In this document: piece after piece, positions 38,601-52,450 of the stretch
Layout of the letters: each line of letters starts with the position of its first letter
Numbering within the stretch: position 1 is the first letter of the stretch
Source of the DNA: Hydrolagus colliei
Lineage: Eukaryota
Direction: 5' to 3'
Assembly (NCBI GenBank): GCA_035084275.1
Contig: CM068757.1
Location: 7,812,001-7,876,000 of the forward strand
Length of the DNA: 64,000 nucleotides
Translations under genes and position numbers: made by a program
The notes under the pieces: model-generated
Told to the model about the DNA's origin: nothing
The model's input: only the letters and a program-made list of their open reading frames with translations
The model's database searches: none

Positions 38601-41319
38601 CTTTTCACCTACTTTGTAACATGACCCTTACCTGTCTCTAATGTGCACATTACCAATTTTGGCATTTGCCGTGTATGTCAACTTGGCAAACAATTAAATC
38701 CAATTTATGTAGCCAACAAGTAACTAGTGCGTGCCTTGTTTTACATATGTGTTAGAGATTTACATGCTTTGGAAATCAGGAGCACAATTTTTATTGGCTT
38801 TATCTGACACCTCATTCAGGAGATTTAGATCAAGGTAGTATTAATAGCAAATGTAAATCTCTCGATTTCTAGGTTTGAAGTAGAAGTTGGATTTATCAAA
38901 CGTATAATCTGATACTTTCTGCCTTATGAATGAAGTTTAGACAGACCTTACTATGAACCCATGGGAAGACTACATTCGGTTTGACCCTACTGATGCAAAA
39001 TTGAATGTGAAAGCGTGCTGAAAGCAGTATTAGTTTCAGTGTCTAACTGAGTACAGCAATTTATTGCTGAAGTATGCAGTATGCAGTAAAATCTCCCACC
39101 TTTTCTTTTGCAGCAAAACAGTTCCATTGATTACTGTGTAAAAAGAAGCTTTGCTTTACTGAATCAAATTAGCATCAAATGACCTAGAAATCCATTGGGG
39201 CTAATTTGAGGATTGGAGTAGGATACGATTGAACAGAGTGGAATATCTAAGGTGGATGCTCAATAAAGTATGAATGCATTTCTCATCTGTTGAACACAGT
39301 ATATTCTGTGATGCGCTTTCAGGTGGCTCAAAGACCTGATATGAATCTACTACTGTATATGAAATCCAAGGATTATTATTTATTGTTATTATTACTTTTC
39401 ACTATTTTGGGCTCTATATAAATCTCTTTGTCCATTGAATTGCAGCGATTCAGAAATAAGAATGGCCATTCAGCCTAGCGAGATTAGAATATGGCAGATT
39501 CTTGAGTTCCATTTTGTTGCCTTTTCTTCGTGCCTGTCGGACATATAGAATCAGGAGGAAGCCATTTAGTGCCCAGTATGTGGCACCTGAAAGTTTTATA
39601 GAGCAATAAAGAGAAATTGCTAAATTCTGAAATTTATTTTAAGATTGATATCAGCCCAATGTGCAACACATATTTAATGTTCGATAATATGTCGCCACAA
39701 GCAAGGCTCAAGACGGTTTATTTTAATGCTGGTTTGAGATGAAGGTTTTCTTATTTAGTGTGACGTAAAAACATTTACACATAACATTTTCAGTGCTGTT
39801 TTGATTTAAAACACCTATAAATTTGGAATATTTTTATGTAGGGGAGTAGCAATATGAGTTTTGCTTAGTGCTGAATTATGGCAATTTCATGCCATACACT
39901 TTGCCCAATGCACTTGGGAGATGGACAGAAAATATGATTTTAAGGACGTTTAACCATGATAAGAAAGGTGACTAATCAAATCTGTCGATAGTACATTTAA
40001 ACTCCTTGTTTCTGAGACTCAAAGGTGAAATGACAGCATTCTAATCCACTGGAACATCATTTCTGGGACAGAATCCAAATTGAAAGTCACATTTTGCAGT
40101 AAATGTAGTTTAATGTTCAGGGCTGTGCTTGTGACTATTGAATATGAAGAGCTTAAGTGTACTCTGGTTGATAAACTGACTCTGAACATTTTAAAATATG
40201 CTCCATATTTACTTTTACACTATATTGGAACAATCTTTCTGACTATAATAGCTTTTTGGGTGTTTTGATGGTAAAAAAGAAACATGTTCAGTAATTGTAT
40301 TCCAATTGACAGCCTATCCAAATAACATGCATTGTTCAAAATTGATCAGCTGGGAGATGTTGCAAGACATTTTAAAAAATGGATGCTGCATTATGATCCA
40401 TCCCTTCAGATGTTGGCTGCTTGCAATTTTCCTCATGCCTCTAACCCCCTCCTTCTACCTCATCTGATTTACACTGAAGGTGATGGACAAACTTTAGCAA
40501 AACCTACTGGAGGCGTCATTATTTTTCTTGATAATTTCTGCAGCCAACACACTGCCAACCTGTTAACAGACTTGTTTCTAAATTTATGCGGCTCCTGGTG
40601 CTGTGCACCTTACTTCTTTTGGCATTTACAATAGAGGTCAACTTGCTGAACAACTTGCTGAACAATCAACTTGCTGAAGTTTATGCAGCAGCTATTGACA
40701 ATTCAATTTTTTTCCCCCTGGTTGCAAATGGGCTTTGTGTCCATTAATTAATTAATAAATAATTAATGAGCAATTGGCTGCCGTTTCTCTCACAAAATGT
40801 ACCGTCAATTCACTTTATAATATATTCTGTGAAACCCTTTGAGATGTTTCAATGACATGATAAGGCACTATATCAAATGCAAGGATTATTATTATCATTA
40901 AATACTAGGAAATATTAACCCCTCCCAACCCCTGGCTGTATATGGGCGGTATAATTAGCTGTCTCAACGCTATGCGTTTGGTGGCATTACCCTTGCACCA
41001 CAGTGGAACAAAATTAATACATATTGCTAAACATATCTGGAGCAGAATGTCAGTCCTGCAGCATCATTCTTTTCTGTTAATTTGATGAATCTTAGTTTTA
41101 AATTCCTGCAAGTTAGTCATTTGAATCGACTCCCCATTTTAGAATTCTGGAACAGATTGAAACACTTTTTTATTTCTCCTGCATTAAAAAAGCCAATCTC
41201 TACAGTGGCGAGACTATAATTTGTATCAATGGTACCTGCCTTTGCAATTGCGATATCAGCAATTGGCGAATAAATGTTGAATGTTACACAAGCAAAACAA
41301 GATTTAATCCACAATTGGG

Positions 41320-41870
41320 TACACTATCTAAGATATCTAATCCTGGCCTAAGCAATTAAACTGTAAATCTACAATGGCTACAGCTACAGCATGGTTTTAA
41401 GAATTGGTTGGCGTATCCAGTGGCAACATATTCTATAATAAAATCTTTGATATTGTGGGACTGACATTTATTTTTGGTACCAGATCTTATTACAATTTTT
41501 TTTTGTCAAAATCAGATTACGTTCGGATTTGAATCTGAGTGGAATCCTGGCCCGTATAGATTGTCTTCTGACTGTGGTCGATTATTATGTCAAAAAAAAA
41601 TGTCCTCCGTTGTTCATAGGTACCTAATCTGTCCAGCACATCATTGAGACTTGAATGCAAACATAACCTTAACTCTGCAAGCTGAAGCCTCAACATTTAG
41701 TAGCATGTCGCCTTGTAAGAACTATGAGACTTACTACTGCTTCAAATTTGCATGGTTAACCATTCTCTTATCTGGCCAGCTTGCTGAAAATGGCACCTAC
41801 TACAGGGTTTATGGACATCCCAAGGGCTCTGATGCTGTCTCTAATTCTAACTCAGGCAACGTGAGCATTA
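41320..41870 (+). mobile_element. Highly decayed Penelope-like reverse transcriptase relic
   Basis: LSKISNPG..WLA aligns ungapped to PLE LPKIHKPG..WLA; about 160 codons on, NGTYYRVYGHPKGS/LSLIL resembles GxYYxQxxGxxMGSPLSPIL. Stops and frameshifts present. Confidence 0.45.
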
Positions 41871-42990
41871 TGAGGATAATTCAAATTCCCTTCAAGAACA
41901 CATTGTTATAATAGACTTGCTTTACAAGTCTAGCTTTCTGCTAATTCTGGTAATTAGCAGCGATCAAATCACATAAATGAAGTCCTCTTAAAATTGTGAT
42001 TCTATTGCATCATTGTAAGAGTTGATGCAAGCAATGTATCTATGCAGCTTACTTTGTGTGTGACTCAATACTAAAATCAGGTTTACTGTTTGTGACAGTT
42101 ACAGTGACCTTACATGACTGGAATGACAACCATAGCCATTATGATGCGCATATAATGGGACTGCATCATTTGACAGGAGGTGAGGCAGATATTGCCTCAG
42201 TGTTTACAGAATTAGAGGAGGTGCGTTACAAGGCTGCATTTCATTCGGGGGGTTCAGAGGATGCTCTGAACAGCTAGTGAGATTTTAGAATTTTGTGAAT
42301 GCCATAAGATCCTCTCGATTTGAAGTGCAGCCTAAGCTCACTGGTATTTATTGTTTTATATAAAATTTACAGTGAATAGTGTGGATTTTTCATGTCACAG
42401 CTGGTTGTAAAGTTGAAGTGCAGTGATGTAGGACCTGAAGGTATAAACCTTACATTATGTAACGGGATAATGGCATTTTTGCTATGGTGAATTACTGGTT
42501 GGATCATTGGTTCAAGCCCTATATTATAACTTTGTGCTCACAGTCTAGGTTGACCCTCTGAGGAGAGTACTGCATTGTCTGTAGCGTAGCTCTTAGAATG
42601 AAATGTAAGAAGATTCCATGGCAATATTTGAAAAGAGAAGATAGTTTCTCCTAAAACATTGGTCGTTCACTTCCCGGCTGTTTTGGGGCATCGCTGTGTG
42701 CAATTTGTCTCTGTGTACACCTCCAAATATACAGTCACTTTACAGAATCCTCTATGATGCACTTAAAGACATTTCAATGGGATAAAGAGCTAAAGTAAAT
42801 GCCATGATTATTGATAAATATACAGAAGGAAATACTGTGCTTTGTAGGCTGTATTTTGTATAATATTTTTTCTGTCAGTTAAAGTTTCTGTATTAAAAAT
42901 GTATATTCTATGTTTCCTTATTTAAATTTTTAGTATCCTTGCACAGTCACTATTTCGCTTCATTGTCAACCCCTCCTCCCGCCCCCTCCG

Positions 42991-43046
42991 CAAAGCAGTA
43001 CATGAGCCAAAAGGGTGCAGGTTCTTTTGGCTCATGTACTGCTTTG
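42991..43046. repeat. Perfect inverted repeat, 23-bp arms and 10-nt loop
   Basis: CAAAGCAGTACATGAGCCAAAAG-ggtgcaggtt-CTTTTGGCTCATGTACTGCTTTG. Confidence 0.95.
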
Positions 43047-44539
43047 TAACTGTTTACTGAGATGTAACGAGGGAACATATGTCTTTTTCCTCCTCCAGCA
43101 AACCACCTCATCAATGTCCCAAGTCTTATAGATGGCTCCTAACACTATAACCCCGTAAGGCTATTTCCTCTTATGACATTTCTGATTCCTGTTCAAAATT
43201 GTGCTCTCTAAACCTTAACTATGTGTGAATGTGAATCCTTGTGTATTTATCAACTACTGTAATTGTATTACTGAATAGTGTAAGGCTGCAGACGCAATGC
43301 ATTTTAGGTTACCCCAGGTCTACTGAAATCAGGTCAGTTAAATGATCGCATGGAATCAGTGGAGGAGCATACATCAGATATGTTCTAAGGCTTGCTATGT
43401 CGTGTTCAGCTTGATTGTTTAGGATTAGAAGTCTCTTGGATTCACACCAGGTTCAATTGTGTCCAGCTAAAATTGTCACACATGTTTTGAAAAATATTGC
43501 TCTTGAAATGGATATTCATAGAAATAACAGAAGGATGGAAATGTTCTGCTGAACTTATCGAGTTTCATACATGGCATATTTCCTAAAATGTGGTTGGTTA
43601 TGACAAAAGATTAATCTGTTGCAATTATAGTTGAATTATGTTGCCGTGGTTGACCTGATTACTGAACTGTGTTTCTGTCGCAGAGTTGACAGGCATTATA
43701 CTAAACAACATAAATATTTCATAAAAGAAAAAAATGGAGAGAACATTTAATTATTAATGGAAAGTTCTTAATAATATGAACAATGCTGTGAAACACATGT
43801 TTCAGGGTTATTACGGTGCTCCGCCAGTATTTCTTAACAATGTTGACTACTGAGGCTTGGTCTTGCAATTCCATATTTTTGTGTACCATGTTTAATACAG
43901 GATAACTAGGGAAACTGGTCACTGAAAAAGTTCACTTCTCTTCAGTTCGTATTATTTGCTTCTTTTTCCATTGTTAGATTGTGGTATAAATTTTCAGGAG
44001 GTAATTGATCTTTTTTCAAAAAGGAAAAGTAGTTGCACGAATGATATTTAATTCATGGGAATGGAATTTAACATTGAATCTGCCAGTTGTGATGTATTTT
44101 AAAGATAGCCATTGGCTCATAAGATTTAATATTTGAGTTTAGTCTGAAAAGAGTCTATTGAAGTGAGAATTTTGTATTCCATTATATTATTGCATAACTG
44201 AGTACATACACTACCTGGTCAGAGGAATTCTGATTCTCGTATGTAGGTTATACCTAGTATCTTACACATTTAATGTGCCAAACTAGTGACTACAGATATC
44301 ATATTCAATAACTAGAGCACAGAATTGAAAGCTTCATCTTTACAGCTTCCAAACTTTGCTGCAATTCCATTCACATATACAGAATGGTAGTTACTCTATA
44401 CTGTTGTACTTGAGAACATACAATCAGATATCTACTAAAATGATTGATTCTATTATTCTAATTTGAGGAATTTGAGAGAAATGTTCTTTAATTTCTGATG
44501 GGTTTTGATGTACTTGTTCTTTGTTTGTTTTTCCTGCAG

Positions 44540-44682
44540 ATGTCTAATTGATGGTGTTCATTGCTGAACACCATCAGTTGCCCACAAGGCTGTACTGAGC
44601 CAAGTTCTTGAGTAAACCAAAGGCACAGTGTTTGAGATTTGTTGAATGAAGTCTCCTAGCAACAGATCAGGGTCTAATAAAA
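44540..44682 (+). other. Candidate internal exon (143 nt, untranslated or start-containing)
   Basis: Long T-rich tract ending TTCCTGCAG|, donor AAA|GTAAGT; stops early in all three frames; late ATG gives MKSPSNRSGSNK open to the donor. Confidence 0.55.
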
Positions 44683-47600
44683 GTAAGTGCTTGACATTTA
44701 ACGTATTCCATTCGAGTCGGGAGTTTCCATGTAAAACAATATTCTTACAATTGTAAGACTGGGAAATATAAAGCAGTTTATTGTAAAATGATCACTATTT
44801 ACTGTATTAAGGTCATGTTTACAATCCACCAAATCTAGTGATGACTGCATTAATGGAGCATGCACTGATTGATATGTCTTAAGTGTCCCGAAAGTACTTC
44901 TCTATCTGAACCACTTTGTGATCTTGTGAATTTTTTCACTGAATAGTTTTCTCAATGCACAGAATGCATTCTCACTGATGTGTTCAAGCGCACACACATT
45001 CATCATTCATTTCTTCTGGACTTGAACAATCACCGTTCTCTTAAATTGTTGTTATTTTTTATAGCACAGAATACCTTTTGAGTGCTTGTGTGTTCTTAAG
45101 GAAAATAACACTTGTCTTGAGTGTTGTCACTTGAGAGATACATATGACTCATATTTGAATTGTACAAAAATGTTTTGTTCCTGAGCTCACTGTTGAAAAA
45201 GAAGGTATAATTTACATCAATTTCCCCTAACCTCACTGAAATTATTTCAATTTATTTATTTTGTTTCGCTTGAAACAGTTATTTGCCTCTGTTAGCTACT
45301 TTTGTATTTGTACCACAAAATACGCTTTGAGTGCTTGTGTGTGCTTAATCAGATATCTTGTTGGATATGGTAAATAATAAATATGGGTTTCCCTTTGCGT
45401 AAATAACAGAGATGTTCTATTGCAGTTATACCCATGTGTATAATGCCAATTTGTATTTGTACTGATAAACTAGGCTTTAAAGGAAAACACTACAATTCTG
45501 GGTGACAGTGATGTTTTCTGGTAATTCTATAATAATAAGTTCAAATGACAGTAATAATAATAACTTTAAATGGAACGATCACCAAACTATGAAGATGAGT
45601 GTTTCTTATAATATTCCTTCTCTTCTTGCCTTGCAAAATCTGGGGTCAGGTACACAGTTATCCTGCAAGTAGACAATCTTCATATGTGGCATTTGACCAT
45701 AATGAATATCGCAGCTAAGACCAATCTTTACCCGATGATTATTGGATCCATTTCAGTTTGCTTTGGAATGTCATGCACATCCTTTTTACATCAGGGGTTA
45801 CTGTACAGCGAACAAGTGTGAAAATGCTGGCTCATTTTTCTTTCTACTCTGTCTGGGTTAGTGGCACTATGGCAACTTGAAGAGTCCAGTCACCCTGTGG
45901 GATCAGTGAGAAAGATTCAGAGATCAAATCTGGGACTTTCCAGATTAGTATGGTTTAGTTCCACGTGAGGCAGTGGTTTTACCAGTTGAATCATGCAAAG
46001 AATTTGTAGAGGTAAATTGAGTCTGTGGTTGTACGCATCTTCAGTTCCCAAATTACAGTATTCTACCTAATTGGGGCTAGATTCTGAAAGGAAAGCAGGT
46101 ATGTTCCCCCTGTAAGGAGTGAAAAAAAGAGCATAACATTTTTATGTTAGATGCACTGACAGCAGAACGGAACTGAGAGAGTGAGCTGACAGAATGTACC
46201 TTGTCTGACATCTCCATTGGGGCAATGGTGCATGGCTTCAGTATAAAAAAGATAACAATTTGGACGGAGACTGTTTGGATGAAATTTATGTTCAGTCCAA
46301 GAGGTTTGAGATATTACTTCGCCAAAAGGTGCTATGAAAATGGAAGTCATTTGACTATAACTGTTGCAAGCAAATCCATATGATTGTCGGATCCATTTTA
46401 GTTTGCTTTGGAATGTCATGTAAAATCCTTTTTTAGTCACTTTGGGTGGCAGAGGGGCAAATGCAGACCAGTAATGTCATTGAAATGGTGTGCACGGTTC
46501 AGATAGCTGAACAAAAGCTTTCAGAAAGCAACCAAATGAATGGAAGGTTTTATGTGTTGGAATGGAACACCACGCCAGCCTCTAGTGGAGGCTGTCTCGC
46601 AGCTTTGTAATTTAACCACAAAAGAATAATTCCTTTGCTATTGTACATTTGCAAAATACTCTTTCCAATAAAACCTGACAAAATTGAAAGACTATTTTGC
46701 TTGTAGATTTCAAGGAGAGATTATTATACTGAATCTTCAAAAGGTATAGGTATGGTCACACAGAGGCAGCGTTAGCGAGTGTAATGGAGTCATTTTCATT
46801 CAGTTGAAAGAGTGCTTAAAATTTGCATGGGGAATATTCCAAACTCATTACATTTCATAGCAAATCTGTGCAAGGAATATTAATTTTCAAATGCTGCTGT
46901 CAGTGCAACTGAAAATGATTTAAGAATAAATTGAAATGCTTTGGGTAATTTTTTTCATCATAAGAACATTTTCATCGGTCTTCACAGATATATATATATA
47001 TATGGTATCACAGGCTTGTAAGAATGGTTCTTCACATGCTTCCTGAGAGAGTCTATTCAGAACCCGTACCAGTCATAATCCAGTTACCCTAATAATTAGC
47101 ATGCACACCTAAATGTCACAGAGCTTAGATGGATCACAATAGCCCATTGCAAAACCATTCAGCAGATGCCATTTAGCAGTTAAAAGCCTGATCAGACTGA
47201 GTGGAGTGGATCCATCCATTCCCCTCCCCAATACTCAAACAGCTCTATTCGGTGTTGTCTAATGCAGCTGATCCTTATTAAAAGTGACTTTGGATTTGCA
47301 TATATATCATAAAGAGAGACTAATTTAAAATATTATCTAGTCACTCACTCACATTTGCATCTCCAACACTTTGCTAGCAATATGGAACAAGCATTTGTTT
47401 TGCTGAATCCCGCAGTTTAAAAAAATATATTTAATCGCTGAACTCACAATAAAGCCCATACTTCAATAAAGCCCTGGAAAGGAACCAGCTAAAGGTGCTA
47501 TAGTTAATTGTTATCATGTTTTGTGCACTCGACTATGGTTACAGTCACCTTCCCCCTCGCACTGGTTCGGCTGCGGGCTCTGACATTGTTAAGCGCTCTG

Positions 47601-48065
47601 AGAACCTGCCCGGCATGGAGGGCGTTATATAAATGCACGATGGTGGTATTGTTTGTTATTTCTCACATTCTGGGCACTTGGCCTTCAGTTTACGTGTGAG
47701 AAATGTGTTTTGTTTACTTTTTTAAGTTATATGATAATGACGGGAGGTACTTTTTTGGAGGGGGTGCACCGCATATTTCTTGCCTCATTACTTTTTCCAA
47801 TGGTTTGTTAGGGATAGGAATGCCTCAGCCATTTGAATCAATTATTTACAATTTGAAACTTGCTCCCAAGCACTTAAATAAAGGTTCTCTCTTTAGATTT
47901 TGGTCAAAAGCTAGGTCATGCGTCATAAATGATTTTGCTTGCAGATATCTCAAGCAATTGCGTAGGGAACATACCTTCCTTGTTTTAACTGCTTGAACAT
48001 TTTAAACGTTCGTTGTGAAATAATTCCTTTGTTGTGTGTGTATCTCCGCTTTGGTTCTTATGGTA

Positions 48066-48296
48066 TCATAGAATTTCACGGCACAAAAGGAGGCCATTCG
48101 GCCCATCGTGTCTGTGCCGGCTCTTTGAAAAGAGCTATCCAAAGTCAATCCCATTCCCCAGCTCTTTCCACATAATCCTGCAAACCCATCCCCCTCAAAT
48201 AACCATCCACCTCTCTTTTAAAAGTTGTTATTGAATCGGCCTCCACCACTCTTTCAGGCAATGTATTCCAGATTCGAACAACTCGCTGCGTGAAAA
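48066..48296 (-). mobile_element. Relatively young CR1 3' fragment
   Basis: FTQRVVRIWNTLPERVVEADSITTFKREVDGYL; 3' UTR very similar to the insert at 18924-19094. Confidence 0.9.
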
Positions 48297-51200
48297 CAGT
48301 TATTGCACTGTAAAATGGTTGGACTTGTTTATGCAAAGTCCTTAATGTGTTATAAGACGGATTCTTAGAACTGGGGTCCCGTATTCTATGCATATATCTG
48401 AAACAGAATGCACTGCAGTTCTGCATTATATCAGTAGAACTCAATATAATTTAATATAATCAATATAATATAGTCTTTGTCGACTGTATCTAGTTCTTCA
48501 ATTGATGATGGAATATTTGACACTGTTCAGTGTCGAAATACTTGTTGAGCAAAAAATAGCAGCTACATAGCTTTATGATTTCTTGACTACTTAATCATAT
48601 GTTCATATTATCGTAAGTGAAATCCTGTTCTGTAGAACAGGCAGTGTTTGTTCACGTTGTTTGCAGTGACATTAAGGGTAGGTTGTGTTCTTTTTTTACT
48701 GGTCTCTTTTGTGGTAGACATTTCTGCTTTCGATCAGTTATTCAATAGAGGGTCAAATTCCTTGGAGTCAAATTTAATCTTGTCCATTTGAATTGAAACA
48801 CCATTGATTCCATTACCTTCAATGTAGTTACTTGTCTGCACATATTTAAAATCTGGTTGGTTATATATCTCTAAAAGGTAATGCTATGTGGGTTAAACAA
48901 TATGGCCTTTTCATGTTGTATGAAATGCATGAAGCCTTGACATGAAACGTTTACTTGTAAATAAAATGAGCAAAGGCAATTTCTCTCCTGTTCCCAATTG
49001 GCACAAATATTTGACCTAGAATTGCCTGTGGTTTGGCACTTCCTAAAGAGTTCTAGATGTGTGTGTGTGGCTGTGATAACTCCTGTAAAACCTTTGAGGA
49101 GTTCTGTTGATGTCATAAATCAAGTCAGTCGATGTAGTGGTTTATATGGAGGATTGGTGGCTGTGCGTGATTTATTTATGAATAAACTACACTAACTGTT
49201 GTGGGGCAGCACAATTCAATTCAAAAGTACAAAGGAGAAATTTGTTTTTCTTATCCATTAAGTTGTTTATTTTTTCAATGAACTATGACCGTCATCATGT
49301 TTTACATACTACAGTATATTGCCACAAAATACACTTTACAGTAAATCCTGAAGTTCTTAGAGATGTTTCGACCATGTGATAAGATGGTATTTCAAATGTA
49401 TGGATTATTTATATCTGTACTATCTAGGAAGTAGGCTTCATTTACTGAGCTCTGAGATGTGTGTTGTATTGTGCTTCAGATGAGAAAGGAAGGTCAATTT
49501 GGAGATATGGAGAAACAGAAGGAGGTGGCAGAAGAGTACCATACTGAACCACCTCATGTGTTTCTAACAAAGTGTAGAAAATGCATTCGATAGCCACATC
49601 CTTTGTTGAAGGGGGAACGATATTTCAAGGAGGTGGTTGACTCATGGATTGTCATGATTTGCATTCTGAACTCCAAAAAGATAGAGTGAAAATTATTTAT
49701 TTAAATAAGAAATTAGGAGGTAGGAAGCAAGACAGAGTGGGGGAAATTGAGAGAAGGACTTAAGTAAAGAGAGGTGGGTAGATGGAGGAAAGGAATACAC
49801 ACATGCAGGCCTCCAGCAAAGTAATGATGGTTGTTGGGCAAAGTGAAAGGAATTTTAGATTAGCGTGGTAAAGTGGCAAAAGAGTACAGCAGTCGTACAC
49901 AAAATAGAGTATAGAGCACTTCATAAATACATACTATACTGCATGTGGTGCAAGACATGACCACATAAAAGGCATTTGACCAATAAAGCTAATTTCTGAG
50001 GTGATCTGGCCTGCCAATTCTAGATATACATTTTACTAGATTGGTAATAATCGGGGCTATTGATTCTTGAACAGCAATGTTCTATAAGATGGAAGAGAAT
50101 AGCTACAATTAACATTAGAATCCCTCAGTGGTTGTTGAGAAAACTAGGAGGAAAATCTTTATCCTAAAGGTAAAATAAGAGCAGATTTAGTTGCATTTGA
50201 TATTTATTACAACATGACGAATTGCTCATATGAGTTCTTATTGTAAATTACAGTACTGTTACAATATTGCATTTGCATTGAAAGAAAGGCTTGAATATTT
50301 TAATTTCTAAAGAGCATTTGTATTTTAAGAGATGGAGCCCTTTTCAGATTCCACCATGGAATCTGATTGTTCACAGTAAACAAGCTACCGTTTGGGAATT
50401 CCAGATCATTTCAGTTGAAGTGAATGATGCATATTAGCACCATTGACAAGAAAGACCTGTACCAAATGAATAAATTGAAGCAATTATTAGCATGCTTTAG
50501 GGCTCTCAGCATGAATGATATAGTGCTAACAATTATCAATATTGTGGTCCTTCACAGTTTGATATAACAATGATTACTGTGACAACTGTAGTCTGAGTGT
50601 AATGAGTTTATTGCTGCAATGCATTGAAATAAATGTTAATTATAATTGTGATAGTTCATCCATTCCAAACAGAATAATCAGAATATTAACTCTCTGATGA
50701 CTAAAGATAGATTTCAGCCGCATTAAAATGTATGGTTTTATTTAATTTACCCAAAGAATAAGAAATGTCAAAAACTGTAAGAAAACTTCACGCATAGTTT
50801 GCTCTGCTTTTTACTCGCTGTATCCTTCCAACTCCCTTCCTCATCCTCCTCCATTGTATAGCCTGGAGAATGGTACATACAGCATGGACAGCTTCACTGT
50901 TGCTAGCAGATTAACTGCAGGGTAATTAACAACTGGAACTAGTGGCTAGGAAGGGTGATTGAAACCAGTACATTGAACTTATTTGAAAACAACTTAATAC
51001 TGAACTGTGATGCTTGTTTCAAACACACCTAAGGGTTCAGTGAATTTTCATCAGTAGAAATCTATTTACGTATGTATATGTGCAGAAACTTGTGCAGATT
51101 TTTAAATGTGAATTCTCTCTTTTCCTGCACTCCCCACCCCTCCAAAAAAGGGAGTACAGTATTTTGTTGCCATTAAACTCAATAAAATAAAAGGAAAGGA

Positions 51201-52276
51201 CAAAACTACAATTAAAATATTGTTCAAGACTCAAAAGGTTAATAGTACAGCTCACATTTTTGACTCTTGTGATGGATCAGATTGCAACTAAGCAGCAGAG
51301 CAGCCTCTTGTGGCAATAAAGAAGTTCTACATTTGTTCTTTTGTGTTGCAAATTGAATCCTATTTGAAGGTATGGAAAAAACATAGAAGATAAATTTGTG
51401 TATGACATAACTATTCAAACACGAGGATCCATTTTTGAAAGCTCTGGATAGCCATATGTGTTAAGGGTTTAACTTTTTGTTTTACCCAAAACATTCAGGA
51501 CTCTACCTTACTGACAAGCCGATACACCTATGCATTCAAAGTACTACTGTGCAGTTCCATACTAAAGGAATGTTTTCTTCTGAGTATTTTTCGTTCACAT
51601 TAACAGTGATTGGCTTTTGTATTCTGTGAACTAGATTGCACAGTCTTTTTTCCGAAAAGACTTGACATTGAGATGCTTTACTGGGAATGAAGCAAAGTAA
51701 CTAAATGAAGCATGGATCCCTCAAATAAAACGTCCTAGCTTGCCATGCGCTTGATGGAACAGTATTGTTCTGACAGCCCAATATGCTGCTTTCTACAGGA
51801 CTTTAGTGTAAACAAGATGCGAAAGAAATCTCATTTTGCTGCTTGAATTGAAAACAAAGTTGTGTGGCATGAAAATGTACATTGCTCAAGAGGAATAGAG
51901 TTAATTCTGTACCATTTGTGTCCAAATATTTTATTTCTTGAGTTTTATTACTGTACATAGAAAGGGAACAATAAATGTACAGTATTAAACTTGTGTAACA
52001 TAAGTTGAAAAGGCTTGCTTGCACATTTTGATTGAAATTTGATTGAAAACTTGCTTGCACATTTTGATTGAATTGTCCTTATCAAGTTGAAATTAGAAAT
52101 GAGGAAATAAGATAGGCCTGTGTGTATCCAGAGACATTATTTTAACACTGTTATACGATTGCACGATTAGTTAAAATCTCAACAGGCCCACTGCAATTGA
52201 GGTGAACAATTTTGTGATTATATGCTGTGACAATTGCGAAATAAAAATACTAGAACTATATGCTTAAAACATTTAG

Positions 52277-52450
52277 TCTTGTAGCTTAGTGGTTAGATTA
52301 CTCACCTCGCAAACTAGAGAACCTGGATTTGATTCCGGTGCAGGGCGAAATGTTAGGCAAGTTTCCTTACTCCACACACCTGCAGTAAGTAGGATCCTGC
52401 TTGTCAGTCGATTGTTGGAGCGCTTTCCCAGGGTCATAATCCCTTCAAAA
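52277..52450 (+). mobile_element. Family B SINE 5' portion (tRNA-like head)
   Basis: TAGCTTAGTGGTTAGA A box, GGATTTGATTCC B box, body similar to 25000-25175 reversed. Confidence 0.75.

Noticed and set aside
42056-42277. Cadherin-like VTVTLHDWNDN motif in a 73-aa ORF
   Set aside because: No following P-x-F, no other cadherin motifs, no supporting exons.
44838-44909. C/D snoRNA-like boxes (GTGATGA..CTGA..CTGA)
   Set aside because: No terminal stem and no rRNA/snRNA guide I can recognise. A snoRNA scan could reopen it.
46574-46594. CTCF-like CCACTAGAGGCTG (also near 51301)
   Set aside because: Lacks the GGC core spacing; weak match.
52277-52350. tRNA-like sequence
   Set aside because: No intact cloverleaf; continues into a SINE body shared with other copies.
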